DNA of 64,000 nt from Tubulanus polymorphus (lineage: Eukaryota; Animalia; Nemertea): NCBI RefSeq assembly GCF_964204645.1, contig NC_134030.1, forward strand, positions 13,448,656 to 13,512,655. The letters run 5' to 3'. The first letter of the stretch is position 1, and each line of letters opens with the position of its first letter. The translations under genes and the position numbers were made by a program. The notes under the pieces are model-generated. The model made no database searches and was not told the DNA's origin. It saw nothing but the letters and a program-made list of their open reading frames with translations. Below, one piece after another: positions 41,401 through 53,570 of the stretch.

Positions 41401-44400
41401 ACATTTAGTAATATACGTCCGATACTAATGTGGCAAATTTTGAGAATTTTGATAAAAAGTCCTTGTTATATTGAATTTAAGAGTTCTTCATTCTTGGTAA
41501 GTTCCTGGCTGAAGTGATAATGCATCCATCTGGCAGTAAATAGGGCCTTCAGACTAGCAGTAAATGGCAGTATTTTTGAGGCAGCAGTAACACAATGAAA
41601 CCTGATATCAATATGCTCAATTCAAATCCACATTTGGTACATAGTCTGAGTATTTTTAGGAACAACTGTGTTCAACCCTATAGAATGGTTCTGAGAGTAA
41701 CTTTCTGTTAGCTCTTAACCCTGACAATACCACTACCGTATGGCATACGGTACAAATTGACAAGCTAGCATACCCGTACCGTATGTGATTTGGTATCACT
41801 TAACCCTTCTTCTAGAAGGGTATATCTATCAGTATCAGCTGTGCTGCCATCTGCATGAAATCAAAGATGGCAACAGCCATGAAAAAAACAATTTGGCTGG
41901 ATGAAACGGTTCAGCAGCTCGTATATGATGCTGACAGTGATGCTGGTGACTTGGAATTAGGTTGTGAACAAATTGAGAGTGACAACGAATACGACAGCAG
42001 CAGTTCAGATGATGTGACTTAGTCAGAAAGAAGGTTTATAGTGCCAGCAATGATTTTGATGATGAAAATCAAATCAGTGAAAATTTTTTTAGACCCTGTT
42101 GCTACGGTTGTCATGGCAACGGACACCAATAACAATAATGAAGTACCAGAAACTTTCCATCTTCAAGGTCACATATATTCAAATAATTTGTCTTATTTGT
42201 AAGCCCAATGGTTATCAACACCATGGTATACAATGTATCAGTGTCAAATACCTAGGTAAAAATTTTCTGAGGCCTGAAATCATACCCCAATGAAACCCCT
42301 TACATCCGGCCTTCCGACATATCGGTGGAGAAGTTGGTAAATGAGTGGAAAAATAAATTTTTCTGGTTGTTCTATTGCTTTGAAATTTTTACTACATAAA
42401 GTAAGGATATATGGCATACAATTTCAGTTGGAATTGAATAGATCAGTGCATTTTTCTGGGAGACAGAGCAGTTTATCTGAAACTTTTTCGTGAATTTTTT
42501 TCATGGCGGCCATCTTGGAGTATGTGACCTTGACCTCAAGTTCACTTATATCCAAATTATTTATGTCTAAATTGTTGGCCCAAAAGTTATCAACAACATG
42601 CTATATACATTTTCTGTGTCAGATACCTTGGTAACTATCCTATGAAGTTTCAAATATAACCCTATAAACCCCTAAATTCCCTCCGGTACAGCAGTGGAGA
42701 CACTATGTGGTATTGAAAGGGTTAATGGCACAAATTGTAACCACTGAATTTACAAAGCTGATATTTTGTCATATTTTGGCATTTGTATATGTGTGCCTCA
42801 CGTGTGGCCTAGTGTAAGTTTTAAAAGAAACTGCAAATGATTTTAGCAACTGCATGCCGTTGTGGTAAATCTCTAAAATAGGGAGTACCTATAATGAAAT
42901 CTTTGTAATTATGAATGCTTGATACATTTAATTTTGATACTGGTTCGAACATACAGCATCATATAAATTTAGGAAGTCCATATAAAGCATTTCGTTTGTT
43001 GTGTTAAGCTACTCTGTTGGTGTTGTGTGTGAGAGTAAAAATGAATCCAAGGGTGGCTTGTATCACAAGCATTCAGCTTTTTGGTTCACATTAGCGAGCC
43101 TTTGTCAATGGTCTGGCCGATCGATAAACATTCGTATGCTTAATACACTACGCTCAAAGCTATTTTTAGCACACTCAAACTAAATTTCAGTAGACTGTAA
43201 TTTCACTACTAATGGGCGAATTGAACGGATTAAGCAAAAATATATTTTCTAATTGGTTTTTCTTTGTGGTGCGCAAAGTTGAAAGCCGTTGGTGTCATAT
43301 TTTTTGAGAAATTAACCACACCTCCCTGGTGACGATTGTGGCATGAGAGATTAACATCCTTTTGAAAATTTATGTTATGGGCCATCAAGTATGGCTACCA
43401 GGGCAGTCATCTTGAATTTTTAGTTTGCACAATACAGCCTATAATTCTTGCTTGATTTTCACAAAATTTAATGACTGAGTTGTGGCTGGTAAGATGTGCA
43501 ATCCTAATTTATATTGAGGTAATCGGCCTTCAAATATGGCTGCCAACGCAGATATCTCTAATTTTCTTGTTAACACAATACAGCCTACAATTCTTGAATG
43601 ATTTTTTATGAAACTCAGTGTGAGGATTGGGGCAGGTTAGATGTCCACCTACCAAAATAGAGGTTATTGGTCATCAAATATGGCCGCCAATGAAATATGA
43701 ATTTCTTGTTAGCGTGATACAGCCTATAATTCTTGATAGGTTTTCATGAAATTTAATGAGTTTGTTTAGGTCGTGAGATGTGTGCCCCTATTGAAAATAG
43801 AAGTCATTGCTTTAGATATGGCTGCCTGGGATTTTGAATTATCTTGTTAGCATGATAGAGCCTACAATTCTTGATGAATTTACATGAAACATGTTTTGAG
43901 GAATGGGCGGGTAAGATGTACACCACTATTGTAAATAGAGGTCATCAGAGGCCATCAAATATGGCCACCAGGGAAGCCATCTTGAAAATCGTGTTAGTAA
44001 GATACAGCCTTGAATAACTGATGGATATCCATAAAATTTGATGTAAAAGTTAAGACTCTTAAGGTTTATCTATGTTCGATTTCAACGAAGTGGAAGATAG
44101 TGTATTTTGAGGGGAAGGGGTATTTTAGTTGGCAAGGCGTAATTTGAGTTTAATTTTCTTATGCAAACTCTTGCACTAAAGTCACACCATACAAGGGCTT
44201 AGGTTGTGACAAATAACTTTCCATAGTAAGTTTCTATCTCTTATGGTATTCTCAAAATAATGATTTCATGCTTAATCATGGTGCTTCATTATTGCAGTGA
44301 AACAATAAATAGTTAAAACTATATAAGGGAATCAATACAATTTAGGCAAAAGCAGTTAACGGTTAACGTGGCGCCACGTTCAATCACGTTCTAGTATTGG

Positions 44401-46647
44401 TGGGTTTCAAGGCCTGATAGTGTATTTGTAAGCCAGGGGTCATTGAATATAGATTCCGTAGGACTAAAATTGCATTACAACTCATTTTTAGACCAATTGC
44501 CCAAAATATTGGGAACATTTATTTGTGAATATGTCGTATTGAATTCTAGGAGAAACCACTGGTATCGGATGCTGCCCGACGCAAAGAACGGGAGATGGTT
44601 CAACGTGAAATTGATAAACTGCGAGTAAGCATTCAAACACTGACACGTAGTGCAAACCCACTTGGTAAAATCATGGACTATGTTCAAGAGGACCTTGACT
44701 CAATGCAGAAAGAACTGCAGAAATGGAAAATGGAGAATAAAGACCATCTTTTAGCTTTAAAGCAAGAACAAAGGTATGTTTATCTGTACATCAGCAATGT
44801 GGGGCTGTAGATTTTGACCCATAAGATGTATAGGTCATCCAAGATGGCTACCACATTCATTTTGATGAGTAATATAGCCAATTTGAGCTTGTTCCCATTC
44901 TACGGTCTACAGTTTCAGACAAGTTTTCTTGTTACTTGATCTTTGGTTTTATGATGGAAGGAGGATGAGTGCTATTGGTTTTGAAATGTATAGTTCACCC
45001 CAGATGGCCACCACAGCGATTTAGCCCACTTGGGACTTCAGTCCCAAGGGGGCTATTGCGTTCAATTTTCGTCCGTCTTCGTCAGACAGGTATTTTTGAT
45101 CAGCCATTTATGGCGCAATTGGCGGCTATCTTGAATTTCCTTATTAGATTGGTACCTAGGCATATTTTGTTACCATGATCAATTGCAAAGTTGTAGCTCA
45201 TTACATGCTCTATGATTGTGGTGAGTTTCAATTTAATTGGGTTTTGCATATGGTTACCAGGGGGCGTTGAATAGTAGAATAACGTAGTATTTCCAGATTA
45301 GATTGGTAAAGAGGCATATTTTGTTATCACAATCAATTAAAAAATCATAGCTGCTGATATGTTCTATGATTGTGGTGAGTTTCAAGGTCATTGGTTTTTG
45401 TATATGGTCATCAGGGGGCGTTGAATATTGAAATTGTTAGATTGTTGAGCATTTGAAACCACTTCCCAAGTGGGCATGGTGTCCCTGGACCCCTAGTTTT
45501 GTCACTTGGTACAATGTGGATTGAAGGTGTAAGGAGGATTACCTCTACTGTTTTTGATGTTGGTAGGTCATCCAAGATAGCTGCAACAGTTATGTGGCTG
45601 TTTTGAATAGCCAATTTTGAGCTTGTTACTAAGGTGTAGAGTTTGGACTGATTTTCTTCACATTTGAACTGTGGATATATGATGGGAGGAGGATGGGCCC
45701 CATCATTTTTGACATAGGCCTATGTAGGTCATCTAAAGCAACCTAATTTCTTTATGTTTAATTTTGTTTCTCAATCCTGCTCTACAATCTATAGTTTTTT
45801 TTACTGATTTTCGTATGACTTGGTATGTGTATAAAAGGCAGGAAGAGGATAATTCCTATTATTTTTTATACACAGCTTTTTATGAATCAAGTTGCAAGGA
45901 GATTGTTATTGCCTGTGTCAATCTCTCCCCAATTATGTTCCCATTCTTCAGAATGCAGTCTGGGACTTTCGTTTAAGGAATGTCCTTATGTGATCCGTTT
46001 GTCGATTGATAACGCCACTTCAGATTTAGTGATAGACATTTAAGGTCGTTTGGAAGCCAATTAGTTAGAAATTTTTTGAAATTTCACATTAGAAAGGGTG
46101 TCTCTAAGTTGGGGATTAAATCTGGTCGAAATTTAAGCTTAGTTTTTGTTGTGCCTTATCAGAAAATGCTCTCCAAGCCATCACACTTCACATTTTGCCC
46201 ATGATATAGGTGATAGTGATTGACAGAAGTACCATTCTAAAAAAATATACTTTGTCCAAAGCAAACAGAAAATCATGGTTTTCCAATGAAGGGGTATGGA
46301 TTATTGAAATTGTTGGATCCTCAATTATTCCAGTACCACTTTACAAGTGGCATGGTCTCCCTGGACCCCTACTATTTGAGTGGATTTTGCTGCTTGTAGA
46401 AATTGCCTCATTTGTATGCTGAATACAATCCGCATCAAAATTCGTTGATCTTTAATCTGTTAATAGTTGATAAATTCTTTATTTTTACAGTATTACAGAT
46501 AATTCCGTTGAGCCATTGAAAGCGCAGTTGAAAGATTTGGACCAAACTATCAGTGATCAGTTCATCCAGATCGCAGCCGTCAAAGCTAAAATTCTAAGAA
46601 ACGATGAAAAAATCAACAAGATGTTGGGCAGCATAACAAAATCCTGA
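9750..46647 (+). CDS. TRAF3IP1: TRAF3IP1/IFT54 (MIP-T3), last ten coding exons: 9750-9971, 14527-14625, 15800-15887, 16986-17018, 19437-19542, 23767-23856, 34309-34441, 39005-39130, 44550-44773, 46491-46647. The 5' exons (CH domain) were not found in this window.
   Basis: Every exon has AG/GT boundaries with compatible phases; total 1278 nt = 425 aa plus TGA. Peptides match IFT54: a charged R/D/E/K tract, [51 protein letters not shown], and the C-terminal coiled coil [36 protein letters not shown]...[14 protein letters not shown]...[15 protein letters not shown]. Confidence 0.93.
10251..10779. repeat. Tandem duplication of about 267 bp
   Basis: CTGTACAATGACGTA.AAGGGCTAAGTA begins at 10251 and 10518; both copies end GAAATACGATTCCC. 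Confidence 0.9.
11438..11487. repeat. (TAA)n microsatellite
   Basis: About 16 TAA units. Confidence 0.95.
11959..13860 (-). pseudogene. piggyBac (PGBD4-like) transposase pseudogene
   Basis: Acidic N-terminus, [67 protein letters not shown], and a C-terminal Cys-rich [20 protein letters not shown]. Stop at 12896 and frameshifts. Confidence 0.92.
14527..14625 (+). CDS. TRAF3IP1: TRAF3IP1 exon
   Basis: ttccag|CAT...GAG|gtact; [19 protein letters not shown]...IEE, phase 0/0. Confidence 0.7.
15800..15887 (+). CDS. TRAF3IP1: TRAF3IP1 exon
   Basis: tttag|GGA...GAAG|gtaatt; contains [13 protein letters not shown]. Confidence 0.8.
16986..17018 (+). CDS. TRAF3IP1: TRAF3IP1 candidate 33-nt microexon
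   Basis: tgtag|GTCGC...GAAG|gtaag; symmetric phase 1/1, [11 protein letters not shown]; not required to keep the frame. Confidence 0.5.
19437..19542 (+). CDS. TRAF3IP1: TRAF3IP1 exon
   Basis: polypyrimidine-gcag|AT...TC|gtaagt; phase 1 to 2, which is needed to join the neighbouring exons. Confidence 0.8.
19621..20230. mobile_element. Tc1/mariner-pogo (Tc2-like) MITE
   Basis: TA|CCGTATTTTCCGGTGTACAAGTCGA ... TCGACTTATACACCAGAAAATACGG|TA; internal repeats of GGTGTATAAGTCGA. Confidence 0.85.
20897..22040 (+). mobile_element. Internally deleted hAT-like element with a 6-bp TSD
   Basis: TIRs CACACCTGCCAAC / GTTGGCAGGTCTG; TSD TGAAAA. Transposase remnants: BED-finger-like [23 protein letters not shown] and [20 protein letters not shown]...FKCGRTKAT. 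Confidence 0.8.
23767..23856 (+). CDS. TRAF3IP1: TRAF3IP1 exon
   Basis: ttgcag|G...AG|gtaagc; [19 protein letters not shown]. Confidence 0.9.
23902..24169. mobile_element. Penelope-like inverted pseudo-LTR insertion
   Basis: Inverted arms of about 115 bp (23937-24050 and 24061-24172), flanked by the direct repeat TATGTAGATTAA (23890-23901 and 24170-24181); each arm carries a CTGATGA..GAAAC-type motif. Confidence 0.75.
24062..24105 (+). ncRNA. Minimal type I hammerhead ribozyme motif (mirror copy on the - strand at about 24008-24049)
   Basis: CGC-CTGATGA-T-GGCT(loop)AGCC-GAAAC-GTT-GCG: conserved core, stem II GGCT/AGCC, palindromic AACGTT stem III and a short stem I. Confidence 0.65.
25256..26132 (+). 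mobile_element. Helentron/DINE-like non-autonomous family C (related copies ~10840-14460, ~34480-34870, ~48530-49960, ~50895-51400)
   Basis: 5' TAGGCCAGCC and 3' GGCTGGCC sub-TIR followed by the hairpin GTGCC(A/C)C..GGGGC(A/T)C and T-rich ends; no TSD. Confidence 0.6.
26946..30258 (+). mobile_element. Helentron/DINE-like family B copy interrupted by an ISL2EU-like insert
   Basis: Collinear with 32635-33850; (GTCC)n near the 5' end; ~150-bp internal tandem units; 3' AAGTGGGCATGGTGTCCCTGGACCCCTAGTT. Confidence 0.7.
27599..29633 (-). mobile_element. ISL2EU/Harbinger-like fragment carrying a spliced SAP-SWIM-YqaJ gene
   Basis: Ends AT|GGGGTTC ... GAGCCCC|AT; the host repeat resumes on both sides. 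SAP domain [27 protein letters not shown] (ATG 29569), [19 protein letters not shown], and lambda-exonuclease/YqaJ motifs HGKQFE...LGATPDG...IEVKCPY. Confidence 0.75.
31134..32152. mobile_element. Tc1/mariner-type MITE with long TIRs
   Basis: TA|CGGGATATCGACAAATTCAAGTTCTGGAATTTCTCGTTTGATGGCGCT ... AGCGCCATCAAACGAGTAATTCAAGAATTTGAATTTGTCGATATCCCG|TA. Confidence 0.85.
32635..33850 (+). mobile_element. Helentron/DINE-like family B (also ~45020-45500 and a diverged copy from ~51465)
   Basis: 5' TTAGCCCACTT sub-TIR, (GTCC)n microsatellite, tandem ~150-bp units, and 3' GTGGGCAT + GGTGTCC.TGGACCCC hairpin + TAGTT. Confidence 0.7.
34309..34441 (+). CDS. TRAF3IP1: TRAF3IP1 exon
   Basis: ttatag|G...CTT|gtaagt; [32 protein letters not shown]. 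Confidence 0.9.
35042..36187 (+). mobile_element. Helentron-like family A, copy 1
   Basis: 5' TTTACCTTTG / 3' CAAGGTAAA sub-TIR, then the palindrome TTGCC(C/A)..GGGCAA and TTTATT; three near-complete copies lie within 6 kb. Confidence 0.7.
36917..38875. mobile_element. pogo/Tigger-like MITE containing a nested family A copy
   Basis: TA|CGGTGGAACCTTGTTCTAACGA ... TCGTTAGTACGAGGTTGCACTG|TA. Confidence 0.7.
37328..38455 (+). mobile_element. Helentron-like family A, copy 2
   Basis: Collinear with 35042-36187. Confidence 0.75.
39005..39130 (+). CDS. TRAF3IP1: TRAF3IP1 exon
   Basis: ttcag|GCG...GTG|gtaagt; [18 protein letters not shown]. Confidence 0.92.
39260..41604 (+). mobile_element. Second hAT-like element with a 6-bp TSD, containing a nested family A copy
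   Basis: ATATCA|CAGGGTTCGT ... ATGAAACCTG|ATATCA; subterminal GCAGTAA repeats at both ends; BED-like remnant [14 protein letters not shown] at about 39785-39830. Confidence 0.7.
40185..41274 (+). mobile_element. Helentron-like family A, copy 3
   Basis: Collinear with copies 1 and 2; inserted in a T-rich tract; ends TTGCCCATGGGCAATTTATT. Confidence 0.75.
41719..42721 (+). mobile_element. Non-autonomous piggyBac
   Basis: TTAA|CCCTGACAATACCAC ... GTGGTATTGAAAGGG|TTAA; remnant of an acidic transposase N-terminus ([29 protein letters not shown]) at about 41870-42020. Confidence 0.85.
44550..44773 (+). CDS. TRAF3IP1: TRAF3IP1 exon (coiled coil)
   Basis: ttctag|GAG...AG|gtatgt; [30 protein letters not shown]. 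Confidence 0.95.
46491..46647 (+). CDS. TRAF3IP1: TRAF3IP1 terminal coding exon
   Basis: tttttacag|T...TCC TGA; [23 protein letters not shown]...KMLGSITKS*. Confidence 0.93.
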
Positions 46648-48582
46648 AATTATCTAAATTATCTCTGAGTTGGATAGAATCTCGACGGTGTTAAGATATA
46701 ATCTGATCAAGTCACTGAGCTTAGCAAAATTGAGTTCGTACAAAGAATAGTCCATTCTTAATGCAGCCGCCAATCAATTGGATGAAGCCTCATCAACTCA
46801 ATTATTGTGGGAGTCCCCAACGAATGGAAATTGAGCAAAAATGTGCATCCCATTTGTAGTATTCTCAATGGCTGTACATGTATTAGCAGGGTAGTCTGAT
46901 TTACTATGTTAGGCTATAGTGCCATGCTAAAACTTAAGTGCCCTGCAAAAATTTGTTGTCCTTTGCCATACGCATATGCGTTATACATCTGAAGAATTTA
47001 ACCATTTAATCATGAATATACTTAATTTTAATCAGTGTATACATGTTGTAAGTTGAGAAATTAATACTTCAATGGCAGTCGCTAACTGATTGGCTGCTGG
47101 TTGGAACATAGCCAGCAATCACCAAGTACCTGGTCCTGAGTATTTCTTAGTCGCCAGGTACCTTGTTTCCTGTCTTTAGAAGATACTTGTGCCACCCAAG
47201 TGCAAACTATTACTATAAATACTAATTTCACAAAATAAATGCATTGGTGAGTCAAGGTTGATTGCTCAACCTGCTCTCCTCTCAAAGCAAATATACATTG
47301 GATGTGGGTGAACTGGAGAGAAATAGTTAAGGACGGTGAAAAAGTGTTTGAAATCAAGAGTACCTAGCCCAAAAATTATTTGTAAAATCAAGTGGATGAG
47401 CAGGGAATTCATTCAATTGATTGATTGTTGGCTGCATAAGTATGAATCGGGTGGGATCTAAAAATATTTGTTATACCCCTTAATTCATTATATAGAATAT
47501 GACCCTCACTACTCATATAAAGAAGAAGAATAAAGAATATAGCTAAGCTATATTCAGAAGGTGGAGAAAGTCATGTGAGTTGGTGAGGATTAATAGTCTT
47601 GGGACTATAACTGTATAGACGGGTTTATTTGTTGTGGTAATCTCTGTGATAGACACCTACACTGATCATTTTGTTGGCATCTGCGGAGTAGGTACATACT
47701 AAAGAGGATCTAATTACAGATTGATACCTTGTTTCTTCACTATGCTGAGCTTTAGAAGTTCACCCAGCCAGCCGCCTATCTAACACGAAAAATACTTTTT
47801 TGTGGTCGGTTCACGTAGTTAACGACCACTTTGTTATCCTGTTCAAATGACGTCATGTTGTCCCCTAGCTCAGTCAAATTCTTACCGTTCAGTTTTCTCG
47901 GTAACAACATAATGTCTACACTTTTTGCAGTATACAACTTATTTGTACTATTGAATGTTAGCTCAAGTTTATTGCTCTGTCCAATATTTCCGTCATTTGA
48001 TGTGAAAAATTTACAGAATTCCTTGAAAGATTATAGCTACACTATGGCACTTATTGACGGCACGGCACTGCTATGTCGAGCGCGCTGACGTGATTATGGA
48101 AATCACACGCTCTGATTGGTTGCTTTGGGAATGGCAGCACTTTTGACATAATTATGGGAAACCACCCTATGATTGGTTGTCACTAGTCAAAGTGCTGAAG
48201 TGATCGGTTCTACAAGTTTAGTCACTTATATACACGGTAATCGCTTTCTAGAAGGCAGTTTTTTTATCCTGACATGGATTTCATTAAATTTCGCCCATTA
48301 GTTTGTCTGATGCGTAACAGGCTAACACGCGCCGCCGATGTATGAGGGTGCTGTTTTTACTATCATCACTGAATGTTGACTGCGTGCATACAAACGGCGT
48401 GCTATACATAGCAGACACGAGGTGCTATTGCGCTGACGCCGCGACTATACGAATTTATCATCTTGCCGCTGTGAGTTAATGAAATAGACAAAATAATGTA
48501 AGAATAACATCAGGAAGTGATTTTGATTTTTAGGCCATCAGTACATTGAGCCTATATATTACTACACTAATTGAGCGAATAC

Positions 48583-49330
48583 TATGGTGGCTGATTCGGG
48601 CCATGTAATAAAAAATCACAGACGTTACATTTTTTTGCAGCAATAAAATGAAAATTACCTGGTTAAAACAAGAAATAACTGCAATAAAACGGGATTTTTC
48701 GTTTTATTGCGCGATAAAACGAGAAAAAAGCGTTATATTGCGCGATAAAACGAAAATTACCACGGCAAACGAGAAATAGTTGTTTTATTGCGCGACAAAG
48801 TGAGAAAAAGTCGTTTTAACGCGAGATAAAATGAACTTTTTCGTTTTATTGCTGCGTTAAAACGGAAAATGGAGAAAACGGAATTTGTTCTTTCATTTAG
48901 TCACAATGTAAAATGAATAAAAAAATCATTTCAATGCGTAAATTTTTTGGTTTATCGCGCTATTTTTCGTTTTAATGTGGCAATAAAACGAAAAGTTTGT
49001 TTTAATGTGGCAATCAAACGAAAAAGTTTGTTTTATCGCCCAACAAAACGACTTTTTCTCCTTTTTAGCGTGGTAATTTTCGTTTTATCACGCTATTTTT
49101 CGTTTTAACGTGGCAATAAAACGAAAACATTTGTTTAAGTGCGCGATAAAACGATTTTTTGTGGTTTTATTGCGCAATAAAACGACTTTTTCTTGTTGTA
49201 AGGAGTAATTTCTCGTTTTAATGTGGTAATATTCGTTTTATTGCTTGATTAAACGACTATTAGTTGTCTGTAAAAAAAATTGCACCATTTGTGATTTTCT
49301 TTTTTTACATGGCCCAAATCAGCCACCATA
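48583..49330. mobile_element. IS3EU-like non-autonomous foldback element
   Basis: GAATAC|TATGGTGGCTGATTCGGGCCATGTAA ... TTACATGGCCCAAATCAGCCACCATA|GAATAC (6-bp TSD, TAYGG termini); the interior is made of inverted arrays of ATAAAACGA. Confidence 0.75.
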
Positions 49331-52300
49331 GAATACAGATGGTTTCCAGATTAAAGGTTTTTTTTTGCTGTGCAAGCTGGGCATATATTCATGATACAAA
49401 TCGTGCATTCTAGCGTGCCAAATTTTGAGAAAGGGCCTCATTAAAATTTACATCAGGTTTTTCTTGAAAATCTGAACGCAAAGCTGTCAGGTTTAGAAAG
49501 TCAATCAGAAAGCATCGTCTCCTCTATGATTGGCTTAGCCGCAGAAGTCATCAGGTGTTCACGTGATTCCGCGGTAACGACGACTGTTTAATTTTGGGGT
49601 TTAATTTTAAGATTCAAAATTGTATTTCAAGATCGATTCCTGTGATACACCATTAGTCAATTTGGTTTTGAGAGGAAATTAATTTGCACTTCTGAATCCT
49701 AGACAATTGTTCGGGAAAAATAGCTTTTTCTCAAATCGGATATACGACCTTGATATGCAAATTAGCCATGTGCACGAATTGCCTATTCACGAAAATTTTA
49801 TTCCGCAAAAATGTCAAATCCAAGTCAATTTTACTTTATTGAGCAAAAAATCCAAATTCATCAAATTCCAATTTATTTTATTCTACATTCAAATGTATTC
49901 ACTAGACGATCAGTAAAGATTGATCTGAGGTATTCGTTCATGCCAGCCCCAGTGTCACTGTTAGTATTGTTACCTATAAAACACAGCCAGTCTAATGAAA
50001 ACTTTGTCATTCAAATGTACTGGGGCAGGAGAACCGACCACGTTTGAAGTTTTCTAGTTTAATCGTGATCAATTGTACCATAATATAAGCTATAGAAATG
50101 AACTGATTACAAGTTCATTTTTTAAAAGCCTTAACAGTGTTATTAAAGGGAATAACATAAAACATAGGCTCTACTCAATATTTGGAGCCGCGAGGATGTG
50201 GATGCATGATCCGATACATCTTTTATATTGTATTTTTCCAAAACCGGAAGTAAGCAACACTCGCCTACCGTCTGATGTCAAGTTAATCAATTCAAATTCA
50301 AAATTATCCAGTGTGGGTGGTCGTTTACACTATAGACAAATAGTCGCGGAACTAAGTCTCCAAGACTATCGTTCTCACATTGACGAGGCTTCTGATGGCA
50401 AATCAACAAACTTATCAGGATTTTTTTTTCAATAAATTAAACTCTGTACAGAGTTCATTGAGGCTACAGTCAAGCGATACCTGGCTTTTTCAAAGTTGAA
50501 CACAAGGGCCCAGCTCAAATACGATGATTTTTATCTAATGGATGATTTAAAAGTGCATTTTGACTTTTTCTTGGTTTCGTTCATGGAAAGATTATTTTTA
50601 CATTCATCAATAGTAATTAGAAATTACAATAAATTTATATCTTCCAGCCCTCTTTGAACTTGACCTTATGGCTATGAGGCCAAATAGTCAATAGATTTCT
50701 GATGTTCCGAAATCTTAATTATAAGCTGTTTTGTGTTCACAATTATATGTCCCTTTACACTGCCATTATATTCCGTACAACCCCAAATATTTCATCCTTA
50801 GAGCATTCTCCAGAGTGTCATAGGCACATTTAAGTTATTCTGCTATGCAGAACTTTGTTTTGATATTCTTTGTCATTCTAGTTGATACAATCACCGTTGG
50901 CTGAGCCTATTAATATACAAATGGAGTTGATTTGGTCTTTGGGAAAAATTTTCATTTGCATTACCTAAAATTCATCCTGGACAATTGCGCATGGGTCGTG
51001 AAAACTCGGTTTTTCTCATATCCGATTGATAACCTTAATATGCTTATTAGCCATGTGCTTGAATTGTAAGATCAATCAAATTTTATTCTGCAAAAAATCA
51101 AATTCATTTTAGTTTTATTTCAAATCAAATTCAAATCAATAACAGGAAGGGAAAAGATTGATCTGAGGTTTTCTTTCCGATCTATGCTACTTAAAAAAAA
51201 GGTTTTGATAGTACTGTATGAATTATGTAGTCCTGTGCAGCGGCGGATACAGGGGGTGCACGTGCAAATCCTGAAAACCTAGATCTTCCCCTGCTGAGTT
51301 AATCATCTTGAGCGGGGAGTGTTTTGACAAATATTACCCGCACATTGCATCATTTATGAAAAAGCAAATAGGCTGGCCGTAGCGCCCATTGGGGCACTTG
51401 TATCAAAAAGATAAATACCACTGGGCAGGCGTTAAATTTAGTTAATTTATGTCGTTTTTATTAGCCCACTTAGGACTTACTTCCTAGCAGGCTGTTGTGT
51501 CTGCTTTTTGTCCATTTTGTCCGTCCGGAAATGGAATCCCGATATTCTGGGAAGTTTTGATGCTTCACTGGTTTGTCTTGATGTAGGATTAATGCATGTA
51601 TTTGCTCTGGACACATTTGCAGCCCAAATAACTGGCCCAATCAGATTCAATTTGGTGATCTGGCAGCCATTGCTGTTCGCCAAGATCAGCACTTTTGACA
51701 CCTTTTTAGGACTGAACCCATGATCCTTTATTGAAGTTTTTAAAGTAATTTTTTGTAGATGCTAATATCAAGACCCTTGGTGTACCGGGTATATGTATTC
51801 CATAGGGCTCAACATTATGAGAAAAATTTTAAGATGGCCGTCCCATGAACTCTTTCCTGCCAAAAAGAAAAAGATCATTTTCGGCCTGAATTCAGAGACC
51901 TTCAGTTTAGTGTACTCTATGGTTTGCCTTTTACTGTTGAGATTTGCTCTGGGTATAATTTTTCAAGGAATTTGACTTAATTTATCTAAAATTCAACACT
52001 TTAGTAGGTTTACACCTATCAAATTGTTCATTTGAATGCTGGTTACCCTGCAGGTGGCTCCTGTGCCACCATATTGTGCAGAAGTTGCCAAAATTTTCAT
52101 CCTGATGCTGAATTTATTGCATTCACCCTTGGTGGCTGGCTATTTTAGCAGGGGGGAGGGCTGATTGGATTACCCGTAAACTTTTTTTCTTTTTCTTTGA
52201 ATGTTTCTAACTTTCTTCATTGATAGATAACAGTTTAAAGTTAATCATTTTACAACTTAAAAGCTCAATGAAGCATGTATTCACGAGACTAAAGCAAAAT

Positions 52301-53570
52301 ATGCTATGAAATTCTCTAAAGTCAAAATTCTGGAAAATTTCATGATTTTCATTTCTTTCAAGAAATGACACCCAACGACCTTCAGATCAATGTTTTGGGT
52401 TATAAAGTCTATTGCGAATCTATTGTAGATGGCAGCACTGCACGGGTATAAATAGTATCGGTTTAACACCTCTAAAAGTAACTTAGAACACATTGCTAAG
52501 GGGTGCTAAGGGCTTTGAGATTGGAGGGGTCTTGTTTGACCCCCAAAAACATGCCTTTGCCGTTATCTGACCACTCCATAAATTTCGGAGGTCATTCTAC
52601 CCATCTATAGTGTTCAATAACAGTACTTTTTAAAAAACTGAGAAATTTAAGATTTTCCCCGAAATTCTTGTAATATACCAATACCTTAACCAACACCGAG
52701 AAACTGGCATTAGTATTTTAATATATATGGATAGCTATGCATATTTTGTAACCACATTTAAATGCAAACAAATTTAGATACCAGATCTATGTATCAATGA
52801 TTCTAGTTAATGTTTGGCGTATTCTTTGCGTTTTTCTGGTTTCCTTTCTGAGTGTACAAGGCTTTTTGTAGATATTGTACTTAAATGCATGTAAATTATT
52901 TGTATTGTAAATTTGTGGACAGTTGATAATATTAATTACAATTTCAATAAATCTATTCCGTCCTATTAAAATGTGCTCAATGTTTGAATGCATTTGTTCA
53001 TGCGAGATTCTCAATTCCTGGTATGGTAAACCTCGCCATACTCGGACACAGCCATCTCCGACTTTCGACTAGCTCTGACCAAACCGAACCATTTTCCTGA
53101 CTTCCTAATGTATTTTCCTATCATTCCATGGGAATTCAGTATTTATATATACTGATGTAAAAGAACAGTAGGGCAACCTGAAAAAAGCAAAGCTTGTAGT
53201 ATCAGGCACAGTAAAAGTCGGAAACCATTGAGATTGCTTACGGTCGTCTCTTTCTTTTTAAAATAACACCTCACTCGCTGGCGTGATGACGCATTGTACA
53301 TCTTTTACAATTCAATTCAATTAATGTTTATTGTCTTTTAAATCAATATTACATGACCATAAGTGACAAGAATATTAACAAGATGAGGAAGAAAATAGAA
53401 TATATATATATATACATAACTGTTATAACAAAACGTCTAATAGCACTTATATTTACAAATTCCACATGTATAAGAGGTAAAAGGTAATTAATACAATAGA
53501 TGATTGATGGAATTATAATGTCGTCTTGATGAAACCCGCATAGCAAAAACGACCTAGGTCTTTAGCTAAC

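Noticed and set aside
46650-53300. Additional host gene downstream of TRAF3IP1
   Set aside because: Only short ORFs without motifs and repeat fragments; no consistent exon chain found.
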